From: an uncultured Chloroflexia bacterium
GTDB taxonomy: Bacteria > Chloroflexota > Limnocylindria > Limnocylindrales > CSP1-4
Reading direction: 5' to 3'
Assembly: GCA_963738685.1 (NCBI GenBank)
Contig: CAVTXK010000002.1
Coordinates: 1,110,653-1,174,652 of the forward strand
DNA length: 64,000 nucleotides
Part shown: positions 48,634 through 57,839 of the stretch, piece by piece
Position numbering within the stretch: the first letter of the stretch is position 1
Layout: each line of letters begins with the position of its first letter
Notes under the pieces: model-generated
Seen by the model: the letters and a program-made list of their open reading frames with translations, nothing else
Database searches by the model: none
Told to the model about the DNA's origin: nothing
Made by a program: the position numbers and the translations under genes

Positions 48634-50128
48634 GGTCCCAGCCGCGACCCTGGTGTCCCTCATCGGGGACTGGGCGAGCGGCGCCGACCCGCTGAACGAA
48701 CAGCTGGCCACCGCCCTGGCTCGTGCCATCGATCTCGGGCTCCTCCCGCCGGGCACGCGTCTTCCGGCCGAACGGGAACTCGCCAAGGAGCTGGCGCTGA
48801 GCCGGACCACCATCGTGGCGGCCTACGACCGGCTTCGGCTCTCGGGGCTTGCACGAAGCCGACAGGGCAGCGGCACGCGCGTGGCCGCGCGCCGGCCGGG
48901 CCTGTCGCAGCCCTATCTCACCTCGCTCGAGAGCCTCGCGGCGGACACCGTTGTCGTCCCATCCTCGGGGACGGACGTCGGCGAGGTCGGCCTGCTGACG
49001 CCGTTCGCCGACGACGCGATCGAGCTCACGGTCGGTGCCCTGCCGGCCGGCCCGATCGTGGCCGAGGCCATCGCGGTCGCCCTCCGTGAGGACCTCCCGG
49101 ACCTGATGCTCGACACCGGGTACGACCCGTTCGGGCTGCCGGCGCTGCGGGTCCAGATCGCCGCCCACCTCCGTCGCCTCGGCGTCCCGACGGAGCCCGA
49201 CCAGGTGCTGATCACGAGCGGTGCCCAGCAGGCGCTCCACCTCATCGGCTCCCAGCTCGGTGGGCCCGGCGCATCGGTCGCGATGGAGAACCCGACCTAC
49301 ATCGGGGCCATCGATGCCTTCCGCGTGACCGGCAATCGGCTGATCCCGGTACCGGTCGATGGAGACGGCGCTCGGGTCGAGGTGCTGGGGCTCCTGGGAT
49401 CGAGCGCACCGCTCCGCCTCGTCTACATCGTGCCGACCTTCCAGAACCCGACCGGATCGGTGATGCCGGAAGGCCGGCGCCGCGAACTGGCGCGTCTGGC
49501 CGGCGAACACGGCTTCCAGATCGTCGAGGATCTGACACCGGATCTGACGCTCGGCACCGACAGCCCGCCGCCGATCGCGGCCTACGACCCGGGCGATCGG
49601 GTCATCACCGTCGGCTCGTTGAGCAAGCTCGCGTGGGGTGGCCTGCGGGTCGGCTGGGTCCGCGCGCCACGGGCCGATATCGACCGGCTCGTCGCCGGGA
49701 AGATCGTCGCGGACCACTCGTCGAGCCTGATCACCCAGGCCATCGGGGCCCGGATCTTCGAGCGGCTCGACGAGGTCGCGGCCCGCAGTCGCCAGGCGAG
49801 TGCCGAACGACGGGACGTGTTGACCGCGGCGATCCGGGAACGCATCCCCGAGTGGACCTGGACCGAACCCAAGGGCGGGCTGTCGCTATGGGTGCGCCTG
49901 CCGGGTGCCGACGCCGTCGCCTTCAGCCGGCTTGCCGCGGGTCTCGGGGTCGTCGTGCGGCCCGGTCCGCTGGCCTCCCCCGACGGGGGCTTCGGCGATC
50001 ACATCCGGATCGCCTACGGCAGTGAACCCGACCGCCTCGTCGATGGCGTGGAACGGCTGGCGGCGGCCTGGGCTGCGTACACCCCGACCACCCGGGCGAG
50101 CCGGCCCTCCCTCGCGGTCAGCGTCTGA
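48632..50128 (+). CDS. MocR family regulator (GntR wHTH + PLP aminotransferase domain)
   Basis: RLPAERELA...SRTTIVAAY...QGSGT; PTFQNPTG; SLSKLAWGGLRVGW. Start could be 48578. Confidence 0.94.
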   Translation: MVPAATLVSLIGDWASGADPLNEQLATALARAIDLGLLPPGTRLPAERELAKELALSRTTIVAAYDRLRLSGLARSRQGSGTRVAARRPGLSQPYLTSLESLAADTVVVPSSGTDVGEVGLLTPFADDAIELTVGALPAGPIVAEAIAVALREDLPDLMLDTGYDPFGLPALRVQIAAHLRRLGVPTEPDQVLITSGAQQALHLIGSQLGGPGASVAMENPTYIGAIDAFRVTGNRLIPVPVDGDGARVEVLGLLGSSAPLRLVYIVPTFQNPTGSVMPEGRRRELARLAGEHGFQIVEDLTPDLTLGTDSPPPIAAYDPGDRVITVGSLSKLAWGGLRVGWVRAPRADIDRLVAGKIVADHSSSLITQAIGARIFERLDEVAARSRQASAERRDVLTAAIRERIPEWTWTEPKGGLSLWVRLPGADAVAFSRLAAGLGVVVRPGPLASPDGGFGDHIRIAYGSEPDRLVDGVERLAAAWAAYTPTTRASRPSLAVSV

Positions 50129-50166
50129 CCAGTTCGAATCCGTCGCCCCGGCTAGACTTGCGGTCT

Positions 50167-50775
50167 GTGGCCGACCTCCCCGAAGCACCCTTGCCGTCTC
50201 GACGTGGGTCCGCGCGGTCCAACAAGCGAACGCGCTTCGTGCTTCCGGCGGACCATCACGATGAGCGGGTCGGCGAGCGCATCGAGGCCTTCCTGGAGGG
50301 TCCGACGACCCGGGCCGCGAGGGTCCGCAGCCGGACGCGCTCGGACACCCTGCGTGCCGTCCGCCGGGCCCTCCCCATGGACACGCGGGCGGATTGGGAC
50401 CTGGCCCTCCGTCACGAGGACGCCCGGGTAAGCCGCTACGGTCGTCCCGCCTCGGTCCTGGTCGTGCGCCTCCGGATGCCGGCGACCGGCGCCGAGGATC
50501 GCTATGCCGCCCGAGTCGGCAGCGCGTTGCGTGAGCACGCCCGCGAGACCGATCGCGTCACGCGCGCCTCGGCCGACCGGTTCCACGTGCTGCTCCCCGA
50601 GACCATCGAAGCGGACGCCGAGGCGCTCGCCGACCGGATCCGCGACGCGTGCGCGACCGTCCTGCCGGGACAACCCGGGGTGGACCTCGAGATCCTGGCC
50701 GCGGCGGCCAGCCCGGCCCGTGGCCAGACCCTGCACGACGCCCTGCGGGAGGCGCAGCGCCGGCTCGAGGGCTGA
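50167..50775 (+). CDS. Degenerate GGDEF-domain protein
   Basis: EDARVSRYGRPASVLVV, RETD (RxxD), RASADRFHVLLPET in place of RxGGDEF. Confidence 0.8.
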   Translation: MADLPEAPLPSRRGSARSNKRTRFVLPADHHDERVGERIEAFLEGPTTRAARVRSRTRSDTLRAVRRALPMDTRADWDLALRHEDARVSRYGRPASVLVVRLRMPATGAEDRYAARVGSALREHARETDRVTRASADRFHVLLPETIEADAEALADRIRDACATVLPGQPGVDLEILAAAASPARGQTLHDALREAQRRLEG

Positions 50776-50820
50776 CGGGGCTCGCCGCGGCGCGCGGTGG
50801 CGGCCGATACCGTCCAGCCG

Positions 50821-51210
50821 TCAGCGGACGAGGCGGTCCATGAGGTGCTCGAGCTCGGCCGCGGGATCGTCCGTCAGTCCGGTGTGGACCGGCGACGGCT
50901 GGATGATGGTGCTGGCCGGGGACACGAGCCAGTGGAACCGCTCCGCGATCGACAGCCGGGCGATCGGTCCGCCCGCTGGATCGCCCCGGGCGATCCGCTC
51001 GATGGCATCGAGATGCGGCTGGATGGTCACCGGGTCGGTATCGGGCGCGAGCGCGCGGAGTCGCCCGGCATCCAGCTCGGTCCGCGCCCCCATGAACGCC
51101 TTCGATCGGCACAGCAGCACGACGCCCGCGTTCAGGCACTCCCCGCGTTCCACGTCGGGAATGACGCGGATGATCGCGTACTGGTAGGGGCTACGCGGCT
51201 CGGCGGGCAC
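50821..51210 (-). CDS. DUF3037 family protein
   Basis: YQYAIIRVIPDVERGECLNAGVVL; ERFHWLVSPASTIIQPSPVHTG. Confidence 0.9.
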   Translation of the reverse strand: MPAEPRSPYQYAIIRVIPDVERGECLNAGVVLLCRSKAFMGARTELDAGRLRALAPDTDPVTIQPHLDAIERIARGDPAGGPIARLSIAERFHWLVSPASTIIQPSPVHTGLTDDPAAELEHLMDRLVR

Positions 51211-51976
51211 GGTCGGCCTCCTCCACGAACGCCTGACGGGCGGCCAGCCGCCGCTCGAGGTAGCGGATGTAGGCGGCACGCTGCGCATCGGCGTTGCCCG
51301 CGAGCGGATCGTCGGGCAGCCACAGGTCGGGGATGGCGGCGGCCAACCCGCTGAACAGGTTCGCGTCGAGGCGCGGCGTGAGCCGCGCGTCGGCCGCGGC
51401 GATCGAGCCGGCGAACGGCAGCAGGACGTGGTCCCGGATGCGCTCGAACGGGCGCTCGGCATGCGCATCGGGCTCGCGCCAGGTGTGATGGACGTAGAGC
51501 GCCGCGCCGTGGTCGATGAGCCACGTCCGGCCGTGCCAGACCAACAGATTGGGATTGCCGGCCGTCCGGTCGGGGTTCGTGACGAAGGCGTCGAGCCACA
51601 CGACGTCGGCAGCCACCGCCGGGTCGACCTCCGGCGCGGCCCCGGGATTGAACGTGAGCGCCCCCGGCAGGAAGTCGAGCCCGATGTTCAGCCCGCCGCT
51701 CCGGTGGACGAGGTCCTGCAACTCCTGGTCGGGCTCGGCATCGCCGAGGCCCGCATCGACGTCGACGATCACGAGCTCGGGGACCGCCAGGCCCACGGCC
51801 CGACCGATCTCGCCGGCGAGCCACTCGGCGACGAGAGCACGCGGTCCCTGGCCCGCGCCGCGGAATTTCACGACGTACAGCCCGTCGTCGTCGGCCTCCA
51901 CGAGACCGGGCAGCGAGCCACCTTCGCGCAGGGGCGTGACGTAGCGGGTGGCGGTCACGTGGCGGGCATCGGGCAT
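51191..51976 (-). CDS. HipA-like Ser/Thr kinase
   Basis: REGGSLP, VVKFRGAGQG, NPDRT..NPN, WLIDHGA. Confidence 0.9.
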   Translation of the reverse strand: MPDARHVTATRYVTPLREGGSLPGLVEADDDGLYVVKFRGAGQGPRALVAEWLAGEIGRAVGLAVPELVIVDVDAGLGDAEPDQELQDLVHRSGGLNIGLDFLPGALTFNPGAAPEVDPAVAADVVWLDAFVTNPDRTAGNPNLLVWHGRTWLIDHGAALYVHHTWREPDAHAERPFERIRDHVLLPFAGSIAAADARLTPRLDANLFSGLAAAIPDLWLPDDPLAGNADAQRAAYIRYLERRLAARQAFVEEADRARRAA

Positions 51977-52118
51977 CGCGCCGGAGTCTAGCGCCCGGGA
52001 CGCGTGCAGGAGCGCACCGGTACCCGGACGTTTCGGGCGTCGCCGGGATACCCTGAGGTGCGGCGACACTGCCGTTTCGAGCCTGGGCATGGCCCGAGCC
52101 GCGCGACCAGGAGAATCG

Positions 52119-53096
52119 ATGACCGACACGGAACGCCGCCTCGACCCGGGCCAGGAGATGGATCCCGCCGAGACGCTCGCCATGGACCAGGCCCTGCTCC
52201 AGGAGCTGGAGCCCGAGGCGGGCCGGCTGTACGACCGCCATGCCGGCGTGGCCCAGGAGTGGTTCCCGCACGACTACATCCCGTACCGGCTCGGTCGCGA
52301 CTTCGACAAGGAGCCCTGGACGCCCGACCAGCCGCGGCTGACCGGGGTCGCCCAGACCGCGTTCGAGATCGGCCTGCTGACCGAGGACAACCTGCCCTCG
52401 TACCACCGGCTCATCCACGGGATGTTCGGTAAGGGCGATGGGGCATGGATCAACTGGGTCGGTCGCTGGACCGCCGAGGAAGGCCGCCACGCGATCGTGC
52501 TGCGGGACTATCTGACGGTCACGCGGAACATCGATCCCGTCCTCCTCGAGCGTGGGCGGATGGCCCAGCTCCAGCAGGGCTACGAGCACGACGCCCCATC
52601 GACGCTGCGCGGACTGGCCTACGTCGCGTTCCAGGAGCTGGCGACCCGGATCGCGCACCGCAACACCGGCCGCTACTCGTCCGATCCGGTCGCAGACAAG
52701 ATCATGGTCCGGATCGCCGCCGACGAGAACCTCCACATGGTGTTCTACCGCGACATCCTGGGCGCCGCGCTCAAGGTCCAGCCGTCGGCGGCCGTCCGGG
52801 CGATCGTGGACGAGGTCCTCGCCTTCGAGATGCCGGGCGCCGGCATCCCCGGGTTCGTGCGCAAGGCCGCGGCGATCGCCAAGGCCGGCATCTACGACCT
52901 GCGCGTCCACCACGACGAGGTGCTGATGCCGATCATCCGGCACTGGCGCATCTTCGAACTCGAGGGCCTCGATGCGGCCGCCGAGGAGGCTCGCCGTCGG
53001 CTCGCCGAGCACCTCGCCAAGGTCGACGCAGCCGCGAAGCGGTTCGAGGAGAAGATGGCGTCCTCGGCGGTGCCCCGGATCGCCTCGGCCCGGTAG
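52119..53096 (+). CDS. Soluble acyl-ACP desaturase (DesA1-like di-iron protein)
   Basis: EWFPHDYIP, LTEDNLPSYH, WTAEEGRH, FQELAT, DENLH. Confidence 0.94.
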   Translation: MTDTERRLDPGQEMDPAETLAMDQALLQELEPEAGRLYDRHAGVAQEWFPHDYIPYRLGRDFDKEPWTPDQPRLTGVAQTAFEIGLLTEDNLPSYHRLIHGMFGKGDGAWINWVGRWTAEEGRHAIVLRDYLTVTRNIDPVLLERGRMAQLQQGYEHDAPSTLRGLAYVAFQELATRIAHRNTGRYSSDPVADKIMVRIAADENLHMVFYRDILGAALKVQPSAAVRAIVDEVLAFEMPGAGIPGFVRKAAAIAKAGIYDLRVHHDEVLMPIIRHWRIFELEGLDAAAEEARRRLAEHLAKVDAAAKRFEEKMASSAVPRIASAR

Positions 53097-53122
53097 CCGG
53101 CGACGGAGTCGCGCCGCCGACC

Positions 53123-53629
53123 TCAGATCGTGGTCGTCGTGAGCCAGTTCCAGACCGCGGCGAACGCGGCGAATGCCAGCCACACGATCCCGACGGCGAC
53201 CAGCACCAGCCCGAACAGGAGAGCCTGCTCCCCGCGGGTCGACGCGTCCGGATCCAGCGCGTGCCGGCGGAACAGCCCCAGGTTCCTGGAATTGGACCGG
53301 AACGCGACGTCGTAGAGGTCGCCCAGGAACGGGATCGCCCCGATGACCAGGTCGACGACGAGGTTGACCATCATCCGGCCGAGGACGACGCGCGGGATCC
53401 CGAAGCGGGCCGCCTCGGCGATGACCCACATACCTACGACCGCAGCCACGACGTCGCCGACGACCGGGATGAGCCCGACCACGGGGTCGAGCCCGATCCG
53501 CTGGGAGGTGCCCGGCACGGTCACGAGCTCGTCGAGGACGTGCGTCACGCGCCCGATCCGGGCCTCCGCGGCGGCGAACCGTTCCGCGCGACTGCGGCCG
53601 ACGACCTCGCCCTCGAGGGTTCCGCTCAT
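53123..53629 (-). CDS. DUF4112 family membrane protein
   Basis: VPGTSQRIGLDPVVGLIPVVGD, GAIPFLGDLYD..FRSNSRN. Confidence 0.9.
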   Translation of the reverse strand: MSGTLEGEVVGRSRAERFAAAEARIGRVTHVLDELVTVPGTSQRIGLDPVVGLIPVVGDVVAAVVGMWVIAEAARFGIPRVVLGRMMVNLVVDLVIGAIPFLGDLYDVAFRSNSRNLGLFRRHALDPDASTRGEQALLFGLVLVAVGIVWLAFAAFAAVWNWLTTTTI

Positions 53630-53956
53630 CGCGCGAGTGTAGGAGTCCACGCCGACGGACGCCCTGCGGGATGGACGGATGTCCATGTCGAGTTCATGTC
53701 GAACGCCGAGTGGTGCGCGCCTACCGCGCGGCTACGGTGTGACCAACACGAACACGGACCGCCGGACAACGAGACCTACGACCGGCGGCGCGTCGACCCT
53801 CCGGCGGGATGCCGGGCGGCGGCGGAGCCGGCATCCTTGCCGGACGGTGGTCCGCCAAGTGCCCAACCGAAGAACAATCGCATAGCCGGTAGCCGCTCGA
53901 TCGTAGGGGACGTCGAGCGGCTTTCCGGTGTCCTGTCGGGCGTTTTCTGGCTTTCA

Positions 53957-53971
53957 TGACGGAAGTTGGCA
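53957..53971. promoter_or_regulatory. WYL-type operator, copy 1
   Basis: TGACG-GAAGT-TGGCA upstream of CAGACT and ATG 53995. Confidence 0.55.
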
Positions 53972-53994
53972 GGTACGACGGTCAGACTACCGAC

Positions 53995-54174
53995 ATGGAC
54001 CCTTACGCACTCGCTCGCATCATCCAGGCCGACAAGGATCGGGCGCTCGACGCCGAGTCCCATCGCCGCCTCCTCCTGACCAGGTCCGGCGACCGCGCCA
54101 CCGTCCAGCCCGCCCCGGATCGCTCGATCCGCCCGTCTCAGCCGTCCGCCTCGACGAGCCCGGCCACGCGGTAG
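53995..54174 (+). CDS. 59-aa hypothetical protein
   Basis: MDPYALARIIQADKDRALDAESHRRLL; leaderless geometry; overlaps the WYL 3' end. Confidence 0.55.
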   Translation: MDPYALARIIQADKDRALDAESHRRLLLTRSGDRATVQPAPDRSIRPSQPSASTSPATR

Positions 54175-55127
54175 CGCTCGACGATGCGGGTCGCTCGATC
54201 GATGACCTTCTCGCGGACCTCGTTCGGCTCGAGCACCTCGAGGCTCGGGCCGACGGCCATGAGGAGACCGGGAACCTCATCCGGCCAGGACAGCGTCAGC
54301 CGGAGACGGACCAGCCCGACCGGGTCGCCGGCCTCGAGCCGCTCCGCAGCCTCAACCCGTCGCCGTCCGAACACCTCGCCGAGCTGCCACAGGCGGTCCT
54401 CGGCGATTCGAACGACCACCGTGATGGTCGGTGCCTGACGTTCGTAGGCGGCACTCGATTCGGCCCAGTAGGCGGCAAGATCGAAGTCGTCGGGGCGCTC
54501 GACGCGGTCATCCAGGAGTTCCGCCTCGCGGACCCGCGATGCGCGATACGTGCGCAACTGGCCGTCGGCGAGCCCGACCACGTACCAGACGCCGCCCTTG
54601 AGCACGATGCCCAGCGGCGCGACGATCCGCTCGACCGTCCCTTCACCACGCGCGTAGGCGATCCGCACGGTCGTGCCGCCCCAGACCGCGGCCGCGAGGG
54701 TCGCAAGCTCCGGGACGGCTTCGTTCGTCTGGAACCAGCCGGCCGCGTCGAGATGGAAGCGCTGGACGATGCGCGATGCGCGCGAGCGCAGTTCCGGCGG
54801 CAAGGCCGCCATGACCTTGAGCTGGGCCGCCGCCACGACCGTGCCGAGACCCAGTTGCGCCGCCGGGCCAGGTAGTCCCGAGAGGAACAGCGCTTCGGCT
54901 TCGTCGGCGGTCATGCCGGTCAATCGGGTCCGATAGCCGTCGACGAGCCGGATCCCGCCGAGCGGGCCACGCTCCGCGAAGATCGGGACCCCCGCGGCGC
55001 TGAGCTCCTCGACATCGCGGTGCACGGTCCGCACCGACACCTCGAGTTCGCGCGCAAGCTCCGCGGCGGTCAGTCCGCCGCGACTCTGGAGTAACAGGAG
55101 CAGGTTGACCAGCCGGCTGGCGCGCAC
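54138..55127 (-). CDS. HTH-WYL-WCX regulator (YafY/PafC-like) 1
   Basis: LARELEVSVRTVHRDVEEL, PLGIVLKGGVWYVVG, RTYRASRV. Confidence 0.95.
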   Translation of the reverse strand: MRASRLVNLLLLLQSRGGLTAAELARELEVSVRTVHRDVEELSAAGVPIFAERGPLGGIRLVDGYRTRLTGMTADEAEALFLSGLPGPAAQLGLGTVVAAAQLKVMAALPPELRSRASRIVQRFHLDAAGWFQTNEAVPELATLAAAVWGGTTVRIAYARGEGTVERIVAPLGIVLKGGVWYVVGLADGQLRTYRASRVREAELLDDRVERPDDFDLAAYWAESSAAYERQAPTITVVVRIAEDRLWQLGEVFGRRRVEAAERLEAGDPVGLVRLRLTLSWPDEVPGLLMAVGPSLEVLEPNEVREKVIDRATRIVERYRVAGLVEADG

Positions 55128-55149
55128 ACACGCAGGGTACCGCGAGATA

Positions 55150-55164
55150 TGACAGAAAGTGGCA
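55150..55164. promoter_or_regulatory. WYL-type operator, copy 2
   Basis: TGACA-GAAAG-TGGCA just upstream of the TACCCT -10 of WYL 1. Confidence 0.7.
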
Positions 55165-55195
55165 ACAATCCCCGAGACGCGCGGGTTGGCGGGGC

Positions 55196-56065
55196 TCAGC
55201 CCTGCGGCCGGCCCTCCGTGCCGCCTTCCCGCAGGAACCGCTCGATCTCCCCGATGAGGTCGTCGCCCGACGGCAGTCGCTGCTCGTCGACCATGCCCTC
55301 GAGGCGCTCGACGTAGCTCTTGGTCGTCTCCTCGAGCGCGGTCGCGGTATCGAGCCGGGTACGCAGGGCGCTGGCCTCGTCGGCGAGGTCGCCGGTCGGG
55401 ATGGTGATGTCGAGGTGCCGACCAAGCGACGTCAACAGCTCCACCGAGGCGGCAGGGTACGGGCCCGACACGTAATGGGGGACCTGCGCGAAGTACCCGA
55501 CGGCCGGGATGCCGCCCTCGGCCATCGCCATCTCGAGCACCGATACGGCGGCCGCCGGCACGCGCAATAGGCCGGCCGGTCCCGGCTGCACGTCCCCGCG
55601 CAGACGTCCCGGCTCCGAGGTCGTGCCCATGATCGGCACGGACCGGGTATGCGGCACGGCCGCCGGGATCGAGCCGAGGCTGATCCACTCGACGACACCG
55701 AGCCGGTGCGCCAACTCCACGACGTCCGTGCTGAACGCCTGCCATCGATCGTCGGGCTCGGGGCCGGTCAGGATCAGGAGGTCGCGTTCGGCGATCGTCA
55801 CGCGCCGGAGCTCGAGGCTCGGCCACGACAGCTCAGCCAGGCGTCCGTCCACGATCTGGAGGGTGGGCCGTCGGGCCCGATAGTCGAACAGCGCATCGGC
55901 GTCGAATGTCGCGACCACGACCGAATCCTCGATGAGCAGCTCGAGTGCCGCCGTGGCCGCGCTGCCGGCATCGACCCAGCCGTCGAATGCACCGACCATC
56001 GTGGGGGCGATCAGGTCAGCCGGGTCGCCCGGGCTGCCGGAACCGGCGAGGGTGTACAGGCTCAC
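55196..56065 (-). CDS. PAC2 family protein (proteasome assembly chaperone-like)
   Basis: AFDGWVDAG, FDYRARRP, GPEPDDRW, VPHTR, QVPHY, YVERLE. Confidence 0.92.
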   Translation of the reverse strand: MSLYTLAGSGSPGDPADLIAPTMVGAFDGWVDAGSAATAALELLIEDSVVVATFDADALFDYRARRPTLQIVDGRLAELSWPSLELRRVTIAERDLLILTGPEPDDRWQAFSTDVVELAHRLGVVEWISLGSIPAAVPHTRSVPIMGTTSEPGRLRGDVQPGPAGLLRVPAAAVSVLEMAMAEGGIPAVGYFAQVPHYVSGPYPAASVELLTSLGRHLDITIPTGDLADEASALRTRLDTATALEETTKSYVERLEGMVDEQRLPSGDDLIGEIERFLREGGTEGRPQG

Positions 56066-57051
56066 GGGGCAAGGATACGCGGCGGCGTCCGGGACCCTGC
56101 CCGCTCGACGATGTCAGTCGCAGCGGCGAGAACCCGATCGCGGAGCTCGGCCGGTTCAACGACCTCGGCCAACGGCCCCATCCCAAGGGCACACTCGAGC
56201 GCGACGTCCATCGAATCGGCGCGGATCCGGCACGCTACCCAGCCGTCGGCGTCGGGCTCGCGCTCCGACTCGACACGAGCGAAGCGCCAGCCGAGCCGGA
56301 CGCGCGACATGGCTTCGGGCGCGAAGCGGATGGTCACGTGGAAGGCGGGGAGCTGCGCCCGGAACTCGGCTTGGCTTGCCTCCCAGAAGGTCGGAAGGTC
56401 GAAGTCGGTCGGTCGCTGGGCCGGTTCGTCCAGGATCGTCACGGCGCGCAGGCGGGACGCGCGGTACGTGCGACCCTCGCCTTCGACGGTCGCGACCAGG
56501 TACCAGACGCTGCCCTTCGCGACCAACCCCATCGGATCGACCGTTCGCTCCACGACACTCAGGTCCATCGCCCGCTCGTAGGCGATCGAGATCCGCCGGC
56601 CGGTCCGGAGCGCCAGGTCGAGCGTCGGCAGGAACGGCGCGACCTCCTCGGAGCGACGCCACCCGGAGGCGTCGATGTGCAGGTAGCCGCGAGCCGCCTC
56701 CGCCGTCCGCCGACGGGCGTCCGGAAGTCCGGCGAGGAGCTTGAGGAGCGCGCGATCAGCGGCCTCGCCGAGGCCCAGGTCGGCCAGCACGCCTGGCGCC
56801 GCGGCGATCACGACACTCCGAAGCTCGGCCTCCGTGAGGCCCGTCAGGTCGGTCCGGTAGGCCTCCGCGAGTGCCCAACCGCCCTTCCTCCCGCGCTCCG
56901 CGTAGACCGGGACGCCGGCCATCGACAGGCTCTCCATGTCTCGATGAACGGTCCGCTCCGAGACCTCGAGACGTTCCGCCAACACCCGCGCGGAGAGCCG
57001 GCCGTGGCCCTGGAGCAGCAGGAGGATCGAGAGCAGGCGGTCGGCGCGCAT
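56062..57051 (-). CDS. HTH-WYL-WCX regulator (YafY/PafC-like) 2
   Basis: LAERLEVSERTVHRDMESL, PMGLVAKGSVWYLVA, RTYRASRL. Confidence 0.95.
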   Translation of the reverse strand: MRADRLLSILLLLQGHGRLSARVLAERLEVSERTVHRDMESLSMAGVPVYAERGRKGGWALAEAYRTDLTGLTEAELRSVVIAAAPGVLADLGLGEAADRALLKLLAGLPDARRRTAEAARGYLHIDASGWRRSEEVAPFLPTLDLALRTGRRISIAYERAMDLSVVERTVDPMGLVAKGSVWYLVATVEGEGRTYRASRLRAVTILDEPAQRPTDFDLPTFWEASQAEFRAQLPAFHVTIRFAPEAMSRVRLGWRFARVESEREPDADGWVACRIRADSMDVALECALGMGPLAEVVEPAELRDRVLAAATDIVERAGSRTPPRILAP

Positions 57052-57077
57052 GGTCTGGCCAGTATCGTCGAAAAACA

Positions 57078-57092
57078 TGACAGACGATGTCG
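57078..57092. promoter_or_regulatory. WYL-type operator, copy 3, between divergent promoters
   Basis: TGACA-GACGA-TGTCG between -10 boxes GATACT (minus) and TACGGT (plus). Confidence 0.72.
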
Positions 57093-57156
57093 ATATATCG
57101 GTCGTACGGTTGCAACGAACCTCATGCACTGACACGAACACTGGAGGCCGACCGCC

Positions 57157-57660
57157 GTGACCACGCTCGCACCCATCGCCGACCGACCACGCATCCCGAC
57201 GGAGTACGGCATCCCGCGATCGACCAAAGGCCTCCTGGACTGGGCCCACCTCGACGACCGACTACGCGCCGCGACCGTGTACTGGATCGCGACCTCCGGA
57301 CCGGGCGGCGTACCGCGCGTCCGCCCCGTCGACGGTCTGTGGCACGACGGCGTCCTGTATGTGGGCGGCAGTCCGGCGACCCGCTGGGCGCGCGACCTCG
57401 CGACCAACCCGCGGATCTCGGTCCATCTCGACGACGGCAGCGACGTGGTGATCCTCGAGGGTGAGGCCGAGCTCCTCGAGCACGGCGTCGGCCCGGAGCT
57501 CGCCGTGACGCTCGCGGACCTGTCCAACGCGAAGTATCCGCAGTACGGGATGACCCCGGAGATGTACCGCGGCCCGGGCCCGTTCGCGATCCGACCGCGC
57601 GCCGCGTTCGGATGGACGAGCTTCCCGAAGGACGTGACGCGGTTTCGCTTCGACCGCTGA
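57157..57660 (+). CDS. Pyridoxamine 5'-phosphate oxidase-like split-barrel flavin protein
   Basis: YWIAT..GVPRVRPV, NPRISVH, VILEGEA, KY, TRFRF. Confidence 0.9.
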   Translation: MTTLAPIADRPRIPTEYGIPRSTKGLLDWAHLDDRLRAATVYWIATSGPGGVPRVRPVDGLWHDGVLYVGGSPATRWARDLATNPRISVHLDDGSDVVILEGEAELLEHGVGPELAVTLADLSNAKYPQYGMTPEMYRGPGPFAIRPRAAFGWTSFPKDVTRFRFDR

Positions 57661-57839
57661 GCGCGCGCCGGTCACCGCGGGCGGAGCGCCGATGTCGAGT
57701 ACCCTCCACATGGCAGCGGCACGATTCAGGAATCGAAATCGCCCCTGAATCGAACCCGGGTTGCACGCGGCCGGGAACATTTGGCAGATTCCACGCTGGC
57801 AAACCCCGCGAGCCTGCCCATGTCATCAGGAGGGACACC

